Of a stretch of DNA of 64,000 nucleotides, positions 1-12,102 are shown one piece after another. The position numbers were made by a program, and so were the translations under genes. The notes beneath the pieces were generated by a model. That model did not search any database and had not been told where the DNA came from. It saw only the letters and a list, made by a program, of their open reading frames with translations. The first letter of the stretch is position 1; every line of letters begins with the position of its first letter. This DNA comes from Microthyrium microscopicum (taxonomy: Eukaryota), in contig MU004244.1 in assembly GCA_010405405.1 (NCBI GenBank), forward strand, positions 561,895 through 625,894, given 5' to 3'.

Positions 1-1
1 T

Positions 2-3000
2 GCTGGATTCGGCACTCCTGTTAGAGCAGAGATCCCTCTATTTCACAGAAAAGCTAGAAAATCTGCCGGATCTGAGGTAGACTCTCCTATTGATCCATTC
101 AATGATACGCAAGGCGTCGAGAATCCGAGGAAGCGAATGCGCGTTTCTTGGGGAACTCCAGCTCGATGGAAATTAGCCAGTCTACCTCCATCACCGCCGA
201 AGAAGCGAGTTGATGGTGACAGTTTTTGGATTGGCAACGACGACAGCGACTCTGATGTCGAAAAAGACACTGGACTAGAAAACGATAATGATGGTGAAGA
301 CCATGAGGCAGTGGACTCTAGTGCAACTTCTCCAGTCAGCGAGGCGGAGCTCACTCAAATGGTAGAAGATGCTCGTCGAGATTATGGCAGCGAGAAGTTG
401 CAAGGCTTCAAAGACGATGGTCCTAGTAGTCCTGTCGGTTTCGAGCCGTATCGAGATACTACAGATGTTCCATTTGATCATACTTTCAATTTCCATGATA
501 TGCCTGGATTCGGACGAATGCCTTCTGATCTGTCAAACGACATGCCAAGTACTGCTTTGCAAAGTATGCAGAGCGCGCATACCAATGTCGAAGAGTTGAG
601 GGCAAAGAGTCCAGAGCCTGTTCAAAGTCAACCATCCTCCATGTTGATGGAAGACCAGAGCATGATAGCAAATATCACAGACTTCGGCGGTCTTGATAGA
701 GTACCACCCGATTTGCCACCTTTCATCGCGGCTGATTTGACGATGCTCGAAGATTTGACTGCTATCGAATCGGAGGTGCCTATGCACGATGAAGAACAAA
801 GTCAAATACCGGTCATCGAAATTGACAGTTCTGTCGAGACGGTACCTGACAACGCAGGCATATCCATTCATGACTTTACAGCTCCTATAGAATCCGTCAT
901 GTCCACTATGGCTCCACCTCCGCCGCGATCGCGTCCTGTCACACCGAAACTGGAACCGGTGGAATCGACTTCACTACCTATACCTTCACCCTTTCCGCAG
1001 GAGGATCTGACGAACCCACTTGATGCTGCATTGCAAGACTCGCCTGGCAAGAAGTCATTTAGACCTAAACTAAAAATGACGGAAATGATACCGGACCTGG
1101 ATTTTGGCTTTGGCTTTGGCTCTGGCGATACTCAACATTTACAACCCGAGGAGAGCCAATTCCAGCTAAGCGTGGATGCTGGCAAAGGAAATAGCTTGCC
1201 CGAACAGTCCTACACACCAACGACGACGCCGCCGGACCTGGCCTTCTCGGAAATCATGGTAGGATCATCTGCAGCCGAGGATTTTCATGAAGATGGCGAA
1301 CCTTCTGCTAATGTCATTGACGTAGAATCTCCCACACCAGGATTAAATGTGACCGGATCATCACCGCCAAAGGCAACTAAGGAGGATAATGTTGTTCCAC
1401 AGCGAAGGAGTTATGTTGTACAGGAAAATGAGGTCGGGGATGTTTTGGCTCGGTCATTTGGCACTCAATCAGCTACGAAAACCACGGAGTCTGTCCAACC
1501 TTCTAGTCGCTCGGCTCTCCTTGACTTAGATATTACACCTTCCACGAGCTTTGATCACTTATCGAATAGTTTTATAGGACAAGAGGCCCAGGAACCAGAA
1601 AAGGCGGGAGCTAGTTTTGGGGAATTCACATCAGCGCAGCTCGAAGAGATTTTCTCCAAGCCGGTTGCCCCTTCCAACGTTGATGAAGGGAAGGAGCAAC
1701 GGTCGCCCAGCATGGAGTCCGCCCCCGATTTCCGAACCTATGAGGACGACGACGATGGTTGGATGCCCCTTCCTGATTCTTCTTTTCATGAAAACCCCAC
1801 ACAAGATTTTGGAATTTCAACCCCTTCTGTAGCAGGATCTCCACTAGAAGGACAATCGTTCCCCACACAGCCCTTTGGCCAAGCTGTAAACGAAAGCTTC
1901 CATGACCTTTCCCCCATACCCGAAGATTCTTATTTCCCTCCCGACATTGGACAACCCAGCTTGCCACCACCAGAGAGTCAGCAAACGTTAGACTCGCCAG
2001 GGTTTTCATTTCAATCCACAGTCATGGGTCAGAACCAATCGCGATCGCAAGGCTCTACTGGAACCAGTTTTCCACCAGATTTATCGCGTCAAACTACAGC
2101 TGTGTCTGCAGCATCATATTTGCAAGAACCAAAGCAGAAGAAGCGCGTCGCGATAGTCGAAGATCCCATTCCTCACGACTCTACAGAAGGACCTGAAACA
2201 GATATCCAGATCGCTCAAAGTATCGAGGAGGATGATGTCGAACAGCCAGAGGCTCAAGTCTCACCATTCAAGATGCCTCATCCTCCCATCATGCAATCCA
2301 TTGAAAAAACAGAGCCGCCATCACCCGATACTCGTCGTGGCTCTACAGCTCTTTCCTATACAGATACACCTTTCACACCCGACCCCGCTTCAACCTTGAT
2401 GAGTGTTTCCCAGCCCTCCCAGTTCTCTCAAGTCGACCTCCTTCTTCCACCTTCGACTCCGTGGCCCGGCCTGCGCACCCCCATGTCCTACTATGTGCCG
2501 CTGGCCAATCTCATGACTTACATGAATGCTTCTTCGCAGTACGACTCATCCGTCGATACTCTTGCGATTGTCTACCGCGAAACGTCGGTGCCTGCTCGCG
2601 CTGACAAGGGCCGGAAAGACTGGTATACCAAAATTCGCGTTACACAACCTGGCTTCTATCCTAAGACTACACTACTTCAAGTTTTTCGTCCACACAAAGA
2701 GGACTTGCCGGTAGCCAGCAAAGGCGACGTACTTCTCTGTCGTGCATTCGAGGTCATTGGCATGAAGGGCGGCGGGGCAGGTATGAAGACGGCTAATGGT
2801 AGTGCCTGGGTCGTCTTCAAAGGTGCCACGAAGGATAAGACCAAGGAGGAGAGTCCTCGGAAGAAACGTAAAACGGCTCATGCCGGGGAGGGCGAGGAGA
2901 CAGAATTAATGAGTGGTCCGCCCGTTGAGTATGGCGACGAAGAGCGCGCTGAGGCAGAACGTTTGAAAGAGTGGTGGACTGACCTGCAAGCGAAAAAGTC

Positions 3001-3010
3001 TAGACACTGA
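2..3010 (+). CDS. Large acidic, S/P-rich protein with C-terminal POT1/telomere-binding-alpha-type OB fold (5' end lies outside the window)
   Basis: Frame is open from base 2 (AGFGTPVRAEIP...RKRMRVSWG). C-terminal GLRTPMSYYVPL...VDTLAIV...GRKDWYTKIRVTQP...QVFRPHKEDLPVASKGDVLLCRAFEV resembles the Telo_bind/POT1 OB motif. Confidence 0.75.
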   Translation, partial: AGFGTPVRAEIPLFHRKARKSAGSEVDSPIDPFNDTQGVENPRKRMRVSWGTPARWKLASLPPSPPKKRVDGDSFWIGNDDSDSDVEKDTGLENDNDGEDHEAVDSSATSPVSEAELTQMVEDARRDYGSEKLQGFKDDGPSSPVGFEPYRDTTDVPFDHTFNFHDMPGFGRMPSDLSNDMPSTALQSMQSAHTNVEELRAKSPEPVQSQPSSMLMEDQSMIANITDFGGLDRVPPDLPPFIAADLTMLEDLTAIESEVPMHDEEQSQIPVIEIDSSVETVPDNAGISIHDFTAPIESVMSTMAPPPPRSRPVTPKLEPVESTSLPIPSPFPQEDLTNPLDAALQDSPGKKSFRPKLKMTEMIPDLDFGFGFGSGDTQHLQPEESQFQLSVDAGKGNSLPEQSYTPTTTPPDLAFSEIMVGSSAAEDFHEDGEPSANVIDVESPTPGLNVTGSSPPKATKEDNVVPQRRSYVVQENEVGDVLARSFGTQSATKTTESVQPSSRSALLDLDITPSTSFDHLSNSFIGQEAQEPEKAGASFGEFTSAQLEEIFSKPVAPSNVDEGKEQRSPSMESAPDFRTYEDDDDGWMPLPDSSFHENPTQDFGISTPSVAGSPLEGQSFPTQPFGQAVNESFHDLSPIPEDSYFPPDIGQPSLPPPESQQTLDSPGFSFQSTVMGQNQSRSQGSTGTSFPPDLSRQTTAVSAASYLQEPKQKKRVAIVEDPIPHDSTEGPETDIQIAQSIEEDDVEQPEAQVSPFKMPHPPIMQSIEKTEPPSPDTRRGSTALSYTDTPFTPDPASTLMSVSQPSQFSQVDLLLPPSTPWPGLRTPMSYYVPLANLMTYMNASSQYDSSVDTLAIVYRETSVPARADKGRKDWYTKIRVTQPGFYPKTTLLQVFRPHKEDLPVASKGDVLLCRAFEVIGMKGGGAGMKTANGSAWVVFKGATKDKTKEESPRKKRKTAHAGEGEETELMSGPPVEYGDEERAEAERLKEWWTDLQAKKSRH

Positions 3011-3188
3011 GATACACTGTATGATACCCCCTCTGTACATTACTCAAAAGTGAAATGTTTTCACTGGCATAATAGCATTGAATTTACGAATTTTGACATA
3101 TATCTGACAAACTCTCTATTGAACTTTTGTTGGTACGAGCTATTCACATGCGGGTAAATGCTTGGAGACCCTCTATTCGAGAGATTCT

Positions 3189-3874
3189 CTACTTCTCGTA
3201 AACCCAGCTTTGTTGAGCGCTGGTCCAGTTGGTGATCTCGTCATCCTTGAACCACAACTTGATCTCCTTCTTTGCGCTGTCAACGGCATCGCTTCCGTGG
3301 CAGACGTTGCGGCCGACATCAATGGCGTAGTCGAAACGAATGGTGCCTGGGGCGGAGGCGAGAGGGTTGGTGGCACCGAGGATGAGGCGGCCGACTTTAA
3401 CGACTTCGCGACCTTCCCAGACCATGGCGGCGATTGGGCCGGAGTTCATGTCTGTGATGTTTGTTAGTCTCGATCAAGATATGGTGATAGCTTTGGGTAT
3501 ATAAGGGAACAGTAGTAGTGGAAATGAGCTGATAGAACGTACAAGAAACTAGACCTGGGAAAAATGGTTTGTCCTTGAGGTCTTCGTAGTGCTTCTCGAG
3601 ATGGGCCTTGCCAGGAGTGACCATCTTGATGGCGACGAGCTTGTAGCCGCGCTTCTCGAAGCGGGAGATGATGTCTCCAACGAGGCCACGCTGAGTATCT
3701 GGTTAGTTGAAGGCTCAATTGGGCTTCCCGATGGGGGGCCGAATGTTGTTGGGCTGAGAAAGCAGGAAAAGCGTACCTGAACGCCATCTGGCTTAATAGC
3801 AATGAAGCTATGAGGGGTCAGTTTGTGCGCATTGCCATAAGGCTGAGGAAGACGTACGTCTGTTCTGAAGTCAT
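3189..3874 (-). CDS. NDK1: Nucleoside diphosphate kinase, 4 exons
   Basis: Spliced product [31 protein letters not shown]...[23 protein letters not shown]...GRNVCHGSD (catalytic His). Three canonical GT-AG introns. Confidence 0.97.
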
Positions 3875-4300
3875 CTTGAAGGGATTGAGGTTTCTGAAAG
3901 TGATTTGGGTCTGGTTTGATTGAAGAGAATGCAACGCAGAGAAGACAGAAAGTCGGTGTCGAGGTGAGTGGGGCTATCTGGGTCTTTTATATCTAAACTG
4001 TGCAGGAGACGCAAAAAGACGTGGTCGAATGGTGGGGCATTTTTCGTGCGCCACATCCTGTTAGCTTCTTCAGACGCTAGTCAGGGGTACCTGGCTGATC
4101 AGGGGCAGATCTAATCTCACTAGCCACCTTCCCGTGGCGCTCATGAAACGCGGTCCATGCGCGATCTTAGCTTGACTTCATGAGAGCATAAGGACACTCT
4201 CACAACACCAAATACGCCTCTTGTATACTATATCCTCCTATCACGAATCGATTTCTCTTTTGCACCACCTTCATTTCTGTTATCACATGTCGCTGGCGCC

Positions 4301-7300
4301 ATGCAATCAAGGCAGCAACTACCGTCCTCATGGACTACGCTGCCTGTGATACTGGCCACATTGGCCTTACTTGTTAGTCCTGTTTGTATGTACAACTCAG
4401 CCGCAATGCACTTGGCATTACGATACTTATGCCGCCTTGTCTACTCTTTCAGGCCTCTGCTAATTGCACATCTTTCTCGTAGTCATGGTAAAGCACGAAA
4501 ACTTCAAAACCTGCGACCAGTCCGGTTTCTGTAAACGGAATCGTCAATTCGCGGATTCTGCCTCCGCAGACAAGTCGTGGTCGTCTCCCTACGCTCTGGA
4601 TGCTTCAACAATCAAGTTCTCAAAAGGCCAATTAGAAGGAACCATTTTGAAAAGCGTTGCTGCTGATGAGCAGATCCGACTACCTGTCGTGGTGTCGTTT
4701 CTTGAGACGGGAAGCGCACGAGTTACAATCGATGAGGAGAAGCGCCAAAAGGGCGAGATAGAGCTTCGACACAACAGTAAAGCGCGAAAGGAACGATATA
4801 ATGAATCAGAGAAACATGCAATTGTGGGCTCACTAAAGGGCTCGAAAGACGCCAAGGTGGCCGATGGTGCGGAAAAGGGCACAACTGTCATCTACTATGG
4901 CCCAGATGAGAAGTTTCAGGCCGTAATTACACACAAGCCGTTTGGTCTTACGTTCAAGAGAGATGGAAAGGCTCAGGTACAATTCAACGAGCGTGGATTG
5001 TTGAATGTTGAGCACTGGAGACCTAAGCCACCGGATGTTCCTGCTGAAGAGGAGAAGAAGGAAGGCGAAGAGGCAAAAGTCGAAGAGAAGAAGGTTGAAG
5101 AATCGGGCGAAGATACTTCTACCTGGTGGGAGGAGAGTTTTGGAGGTAACACTGATACCAAGCCTCGAGGACCAGAATCCGTGGCGTTGGATATTTCTTT
5201 CCCCGGATTTAGTGTGGTTTATGGTATCCCTGAGCATGCTAGCTCAATGGCACTCAAGCAAACTCGGTAGGCTTTGGATTTATGTTTCATAAGGTCACAA
5301 CTAACCTTGTTCCAGGGGTGGCGATGGAAACTACAATGAGCCATATCGTCTTTTCAACGCTGACGTTTTTGAATATGAGCTGGACAGCCCCATGACTTTG
5401 TATGGATCCATTCCATTCATGCAAGCACATAGCAAAGATTCCACAGTTGGTGTCTTTTGGCTTAATGGCGCTGAGACTTGGGTTGACATTGTCAAATCTA
5501 CCAGCAAGGCTAATCCTCTCTCCCTTGGATCCAAGGACTTTACTACTACTCAGACCCATTGGTTCTCAGAAAGTGGTCTCATGGATGTATTTGTTTTCCT
5601 TGGACCTACACCATCAGATGTCATCAAGTCTTATGGCGAGCTTACTGGAACCACAGCTATGCCACAAGAGTTTGCAATTGCCTATCATCAATGCCGCTGG
5701 AACTACGTTACTGATCAGGATGTAAAGGATGTCGACAAACGTTTCGACAAATTTAACATTCCATACGACGTTATCTGGCTTGACATTGAGTATACCGATG
5801 GCAAGAAGTACTTCACCTGGGATCCATTGACGTTCAAGAACCCTGATTCAATGATCAAGCACCTCGACAAACGCAGCAGAAAGCTTGTCACCATCATTGA
5901 TCCTCATATCAAGAACACCGACAGCTACCCAGTCGTCGATGCTCTCAAAAAGAAGGATCTTGCTGTTCACGACAAGGACAACAACATCTATGAGGGATGG
6001 TGTTGGCCAGGCTCATCGCATTGGATCGACTGTCTTAACCCAGCTGCCATCGAATGGTGGAAGTCCCTCTTCAAGTACAAGGCATTTGTTGGCACTGGCT
6101 CTAATGTTTTCATCTGGAACGACATGAACGAGCCCTCCGTCTTCAACGGTCCAGAAACCAGCATGCCACGCGACAATCTCCATTTCCAAAACTGGGAACA
6201 CCGTGATGTCCATAACATCTATGGCATGACTTACCACAACGCCACCTATCAGGCTCTACTGGCCCGCTCTAAGGCCGAGGAAAAGAGCCCACGCCGACCA
6301 TTCGTTCTCACTCGGGCTTTCTTCCCAGGCTCTCAACGCACTGCCGCTATGTGGACCGGTGACAACCTAGCTGAATGGTCTCACTTGGCCGCCTCTCTTC
6401 CCATGGTGCTGAACCAAGGTATCGCTGGTATGCCATTTGCTGGCGCCGATGTTGGTGGTTTCTTCGGAAACCCCAGCAAAGAGCTCCTCACCCGCTGGTA
6501 CCAAGCCGGCGCCTTCTACCCCTTCTTCCGCGGTCATGCCCATATTGATACACGCCGCCGCGAACCTTACGTCGCTGGCGAGCCATACACCGGCATTATG
6601 ACACAGGCGCTCCGTCTACGCTACTCACTTCTACCTGCCTGGTACACCGCTTTCCGCGAAGCTCATGTTTACGGCACACCAATCGTGCGTCCGAACTGGT
6701 TCGTGCACCCCGAGGACGAAGGCGGCTTCGCCCTTGACGACCAGCTCTACCTCGCCGATACTGGTCTTCTATTCAAGCCCGTTGTCGCCGAAGCTGCTAA
6801 CAGCGTTGATATCTATCTTGCTGATGATACACCTTACTTTGACTACTTCACATACAAAACCTACAAAGGCAAAGGCAGCCACACAATCGAAGCACCCCTC
6901 GAAAAAATCCCTCTGCTCATGCGTGCCGGCCATATCGTACCGCGTCGAGACCGCGCGCGCCGCAGTTCAGCTCTTATGCGTAATGATCCTTACACGCTTG
7001 TCATCGTGCTTGGATCGGATGGCAAAGCTGCCGGCGAACTTTACTTCGATGATGGAGAATCTTTCGACTACGAGGCCGGTGCTTACATCCACCGCACGTT
7101 CAGCTACGCCGATGGCAAGCTGTCCTCGGCAGACAAGTACCCTGAGAAGGGCAAAGGCTTCGACAAATATGCCAAGAGCGTCAGCAAGCTAAGAGTCGAG
7201 CGCGTAGTGGTAGTGAATCCACCAGCGGAGTGGGAGAAGGTTGCCAAGGTCAGCGTTACGCAGGATGGAAAAGAGAAGTATGTTAAGATGAGCTTCGTCA

Positions 7301-7386
7301 AGGGTGAGAGTGGACATGCTAGTTATGCGGTGGTAAGAGATCCGAAGGTGCAGATTGTTAAAGACTGGGGGATTGTGTTCGCGTAG
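4301..7386 (+). CDS. GLS2: ER glucosidase II alpha subunit (GH31), 3 exons
   Basis: Signal peptide, then VKHENFKTCDQSGFCKRNR, WEESFGGNTDTKPRGPES, nucleophile motif WNDMNEPSVF, WTGDN, GHAHIDTRRREP. Introns at about 4387-4480 and 5267-5315. Confidence 0.95.
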
Positions 7387-7545
7387 ATAGAGTAAGTTTG
7401 TGTCTGAAAAGGAAACGTTGAAAATGTGTATATTTAGATTGGCGTGGCGTTCTATCTAGTGAATTGATGTTTTGATCAAGGGAGGTATTTGTGCCGTGGT
7501 CTTCAATCAAGGGATACAGGGTATATCTGTCGAGTGGGAATCTAA

Positions 7546-8010
7546 TTAGCCTATAGCATCTATTGGAAAGCACTCCCTAGCGACTACATTCAACTATTGG
7601 GGAAACTCTATCATGACAGCCCCCTGGAATCAACGGGCTGGACGCTCCAGGAGAAGATATGCTCGCGGGGAACTATGATCTTGCAGAATTGCCAAGCCCT
7701 TTTCCAGTGTGGACAGACTAGCTGGGACGTGGAATCCGCGGCGAACCATATTTTATTGGGATGACGGTACGTACTGACGGGTACTATATAGTACTAGAGT
7801 TGGAGATGCAATTTGGGTCCTCGAAGGCGGCAACGTACCGTTCGTTCTACCTTTTATCTAACGTACTCCACGGGTACCCCTGATGCCGAGTTCCTTGATG
7901 GCTCGCCACATTGCGTTCTAATTGGAAATTGCTACATCTCTGGACACATGGAAGGAGCATTTTATAAAGATGGAAACACGGCTGTACATCAAATCGTCCT
8001 GGAACCATGG
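7546..8010 (+). pseudogene. Degraded HET-domain gene remnant
   Basis: Frame +1 reads SPLESTGWTLQEKICSRGTMILQNCQALFQCGQTSW (stop 7762). Frame +2 reads STRVGDAIWVLEGGNVPFVL (stop 7859). Frame +1 then reads LIGNCYISGHMEG...HQIVL. These are characteristic HET-protein motifs broken by stops and frameshifts. Confidence 0.7.
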
Positions 8011-8814
8011 TCAGAATGGCAAGACCGATCGGGAACCTTCCTACCCGCTGTCGAAAGTTTGTATGCCCGAGTTCGAATCCGCACACATTTTGTATTAGGT
8101 TGAAGTGTCAAGTTAAAGCCAGGACCAGCTACCTGATATAATGCGTAACGAACTACTTGTAACTAATAATAGACAGCTGAGCGTATGAAAGAAATGTGAG
8201 CTAGTTATGCGTAGGATTCTTCAGGCGCACATCTTCTGATCCTCCACATTCCAGATTAGGACAACTGCCCTGTAGATCTACTCACGAATCGGCCTCTGAT
8301 TTACTTGGTGCTATCCTTGAATATTTACACATTACACTAGGTGGTTGATCTCAGAACGCCACGGCTTGAAAGGCTATTTTTTATCAAATATACAGCTTCT
8401 AATTGAACATCTTGAGATCTTCAACAAAATAGGCGCAAGAACACCAATTATAGCTCTCCAAAAGTTCTGTTGATCGTGGTTAAAACTCCCCAAAGATCAG
8501 CGTTTTAGCTTCCACATGTTGAAATAAACAGGGATAGCACCAAGTACTTCTGCTTTCCACATTATTAGATACCGGACAAAGTTAGTGAAGTAAGATACTC
8601 AGTGGTGCTATTCTGGTATCATTTAGTTTTCGAGATTACGACGTCCATTCGCAAGACCTTGTCGTTCTTATCGGCGATTTCAATGGTGCCTTCTAAAGAT
8701 TCATTCTATATCATTATACCGCACGAACTGTCAATATGGCAGGATTGGGTAGCGTCACATCCAGGAAACTTTTCCAAAACTTGTCTTTTTATACTCGATT
8801 CGATCAAAAGTGCG

Positions 8815-9996
8815 ATGCATGTTAGAAGGATTACCATAATTGCCAGTGTGGGGACCCTAGCACGACCTCAAGAAATTGCATCAGGCTGCACTAAACCCCT
8901 AATTCGAAAAGAATGGTGAAGAGATTCTTTCATCGCAAGCCATTCATCATTTTTGACGATATTCAGGCGCACTCTGTCCAGAGAAGCAAGACTCGATTAC
9001 ATATCCGCCATACAGTGTCTTCAAAAGCTGCCGGCCAGGGGCACAAACGACTTTCCAGTCATCTCTCGCTTCGACGACTTTGTAGCTACACATATCAATC
9101 AAACCGGATTCGTATACACACTTCCAAATAATGGTTCGTCAATTCCTCCAACGAAACACTTGCCCTTGACTTAACAAATCTCCAGTGACTGTCCAACCCC
9201 CTGGAATCCACGAGAACGGTGTCTTCCTCCCCTGGCATCGGTATGTCTCCCACCCGTCCCATATACTCATCTAACGCCCACCAGCTACTTCCTCGCCCTC
9301 TACGAACACGCCCTGCGTTCAGAATGCGGCTACACCGGCGCTCAGCCCTACTGGGACTGGACCCTCGATACACCCTCTATGAACGGCTCCTTCGTGAACT
9401 CACCAATTTTCGACCCCATCACTGGCTTCGGCGGCAACGGCACCATCCCGGACGCCAACTCAACATTCTCCTGTGTCTCTGATGGCCCGTTCGCCAATCG
9501 TACACTCCCATTATCCCGCGGCATCGACCACATGATCTCCCAACCGCACTGTCTGCGCCGAAATCTCGCGCCCTTCGCTACAGACCCAGGGTTAAGTTTG
9601 CAAAACGTCAACAGGTTGCTAAACCATACCAAGTACTGGGACTTCTCGATCGGCATGGACAATGTTGATGAGACTGCCGAAGTATTGGGCGTGCATTTGG
9701 CGGGCCATGGAGGGGTGGGTGGTGAAATGGGGGATATGTATACAAGTCCCCAGGATCCGCTGTTTTACATGCACCATGCGAATTTGGATCGGCTGTGGTG
9801 GATTTGGCAGCGGAAGAAGGACGGACGGGTGTTTGAGATTGGTGGACCGAGGAGTCCGAGAAGTGATATGGGGAACACGACGCTGGAGACGGTGTTGGAG
9901 ATGTATCCGTTCGTTGGAGCTAATGTGCCGGCTTGGAGGGCGATGGATTTGGAAAACAGTGATGGGAGGGGCGTTTTGTGTAATACTTATGAATAG
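8815..9996 (+). CDS. Di-copper tyrosinase/catechol-oxidase-family protein, probably secreted, 4 exons
   Basis: CTKPLIRKEW/RTLS...DYISAIQCL; CuA FVATH...IHENGVFLPWHR; ECGYTGAQPYWDW; CuB VHLAGH...SPQDPLFYMHHANLDRLWW. Confidence 0.9.
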
Positions 9997-10259
9997 GGGT
10001 TGGCAAATAATGGAGTGGACAATTGGCCAAGGGGATGAAGGGTAATGCGGACTTTATGGTTGTTCTTAGATTATATGTACTGTGCTGGTGATGATTGAGA
10101 TCATCTCCCAGCTCCATCTACTGCAATTTGTGAGTACGATAGCATATTTTCGATCAATTCAAACTTACTTCCGTCTCAGATCTCCCTTCTCGCCGCGTTC
10201 GACGTCTATAGCTGAATCACAGCGCCCGATAGGCTCAAAGTCCATCCCATCCTCGTCTC

Positions 10260-11511
10260 TCAAAACTCGTTGATCTTCTTTTTCATCTTGTCCATAAATC
10301 CACTTAACCTCTTCGACCGGCTAAAGACATTCTGTTGGCCACCTCCTTGCGAACCAGGGAAACCGCCACCAGTACTTACGGCCAGAAACGCCGCCTCATT
10401 ACCCACCAATCTTCCAACAGTCCCACTCATATACGGTCCCTCGGCGGTCCATACCACCCGTTGCACGCGTGCCTTCCGGTTTTCCCATCCATCCGTCTCC
10501 CGATCTGTCCCATGGAACACAGCCCACGTCTCACCCATCGTCTGCACAAAGCTGCCGTGCCCAGGTCCATACGGGCCACCGCCATTCGGGCCGCGCGCAG
10601 TGAGCAGCGGGCGCCGAGATTTCGACCAACTGCGCGGATCGACTGGATCGCCGCCGAGATAGCGAATAGTATTCATCTTGTAGTCGCGAGTCCAGCTGCC
10701 GGCACACGAATACACAATGCCCTGCCAGCCACCATCTGGGCTAGACAGCCACTGCGGTCCTTCATTGATAGCTGATGCGTCGGAGCGCTCCCAGTGCTCA
10801 CGAGGCTGACAAATGCATACGGCCGGGCCAGCGGCAGTGGTAGCTGAGGTGAGGCGGATGATGAAAAGCTCTTGGACTTTGTCAGAGAGCTGGTGGTTGT
10901 CGAAAGGCCAGCCGGAGTAGATGAAGTAGAGGTAGCCACCAATGGAGGCGACTGTTCCGTCAATCGCCCATTGCTGTGGTGGTAGACCTTGGATGGGCCC
11001 GAGAAATTCCCAGTCTGGGACGCAGGGCGTTTGGGTGGATGGTGGGCCGCCGAGGACGTACATGCGATGGGATTTGTTGCCTTCAGGGGGATTTTCACAA
11101 GCGACGTATATGTACCTGTTGGTGGTCAGTTGGTGCTGGCGGTGAGGAGAAAATTGGAATGTACCATCTTCCCCCAATATCATGGAGTTCAGGTGCCCAT
11201 ACTCCGCCAGAGTAATGAGTGTTTGGCGGTGGGCGCCTTGAATTTTATTTAGAATACATTGATGCACAAGATGGTAGGTCAACGTACCATACTGTCGTCT
11301 TCTCGCAATTGGATCCTAGAGTAAGTAAGTTGTCGGAACACCATACCTCGACATGATCTCCAGCGGTAAAAGTCTATATCAAAAGATCAGTATCGTGTTC
11401 TAAGAATTGATCGCCAGGTCTTACCAGATAATATCTGCCATGAGCTTGAACGACAAATGGATCTGGCGTAGAGACGTCGGTGATAGTCAAGACAGTATTA
11501 TTGTATGACAT
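10260..11511 (-). CDS. GH43 glycoside hydrolase (arabinofuranosidase-like), no signal peptide, 4 exons
   Basis: Spliced MSYNNTVLTITDVSTPDPFVV...YYL/TFT...VW/RPPP...VWAPELHDIGGRW/YIYVA...WAIDGT...INEGPQ...GPGHGSF. Catalytic motifs PDP, AID and NEGP are present. Confidence 0.9.
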
Positions 11512-12102
11512 GATCACGATTTGGCGAGCGTTAAACTCTGCGAAATATTGCAACAGACAGAAATCGAAGTGGACTTTTCCAGTTGAGAAGGACGCTCTTC
11601 AGTCGTGTGATCAGTTGGTGGAGCTAGGCGCAGAATCGCGGCGTGGACAAGTCGCGGTAATGCTCCTCGTGACATTGACCATTACTACTCAAATCTTGAT
11701 GCTGGATTGATGAGTAGGCGTATTGTGATTGTTTCGGCCTTGGCCCTTGAGACACCAGACAGTTGCTGTTTCGTGAGGATGCAGTGGGCAGAAATTCAGA
11801 ATTAACTGAACAGATGAAGTAAGAGGCGTCGAATAAAGGTGGGCCCAGTAAGCCTCGCTAATATTAGCGGTCAATTACCATCTGCCCCCGCTGAATTAGG
11901 GGACCAAGCATCATCAACTCCAATGTCTGCTCCTCTAACTTCACTTCATCTTCATATCAATGATTCTGGCAGCTCGATGACGGCGTTGTTCAGGAGAGCA
12001 CGCAAACGCCTAGGAACTTTTGTATTTTTATTTTGTATTTCTGATAATGTACTATTCTCCTCCAATATAGATTTGGTCCTTGAACGGGACCGACCACCAA
12101 CC

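Noticed and set aside
8001..8090. Pol III-like A box (TGGTCAGAATGG, 8008-8019) and B box (GTTCGAATCC, 8071-8080) suggesting a tRNA or SINE head
   Set aside because: The T-stem and acceptor stem do not pair, so no cloverleaf forms, and no second copy is visible in the window.
8285..8330. LLGAILEYL, resembling histone H2A YLAAVLEYL
   Set aside because: The match is too short and there is no flanking H2A similarity; probably chance.
8815..9996. Tyrosinase as part of a ustiloxin/phomopsin-type RiPP cluster
   Set aside because: No DUF3328 (UstY) gene and no KR-repeat precursor peptide were seen nearby.
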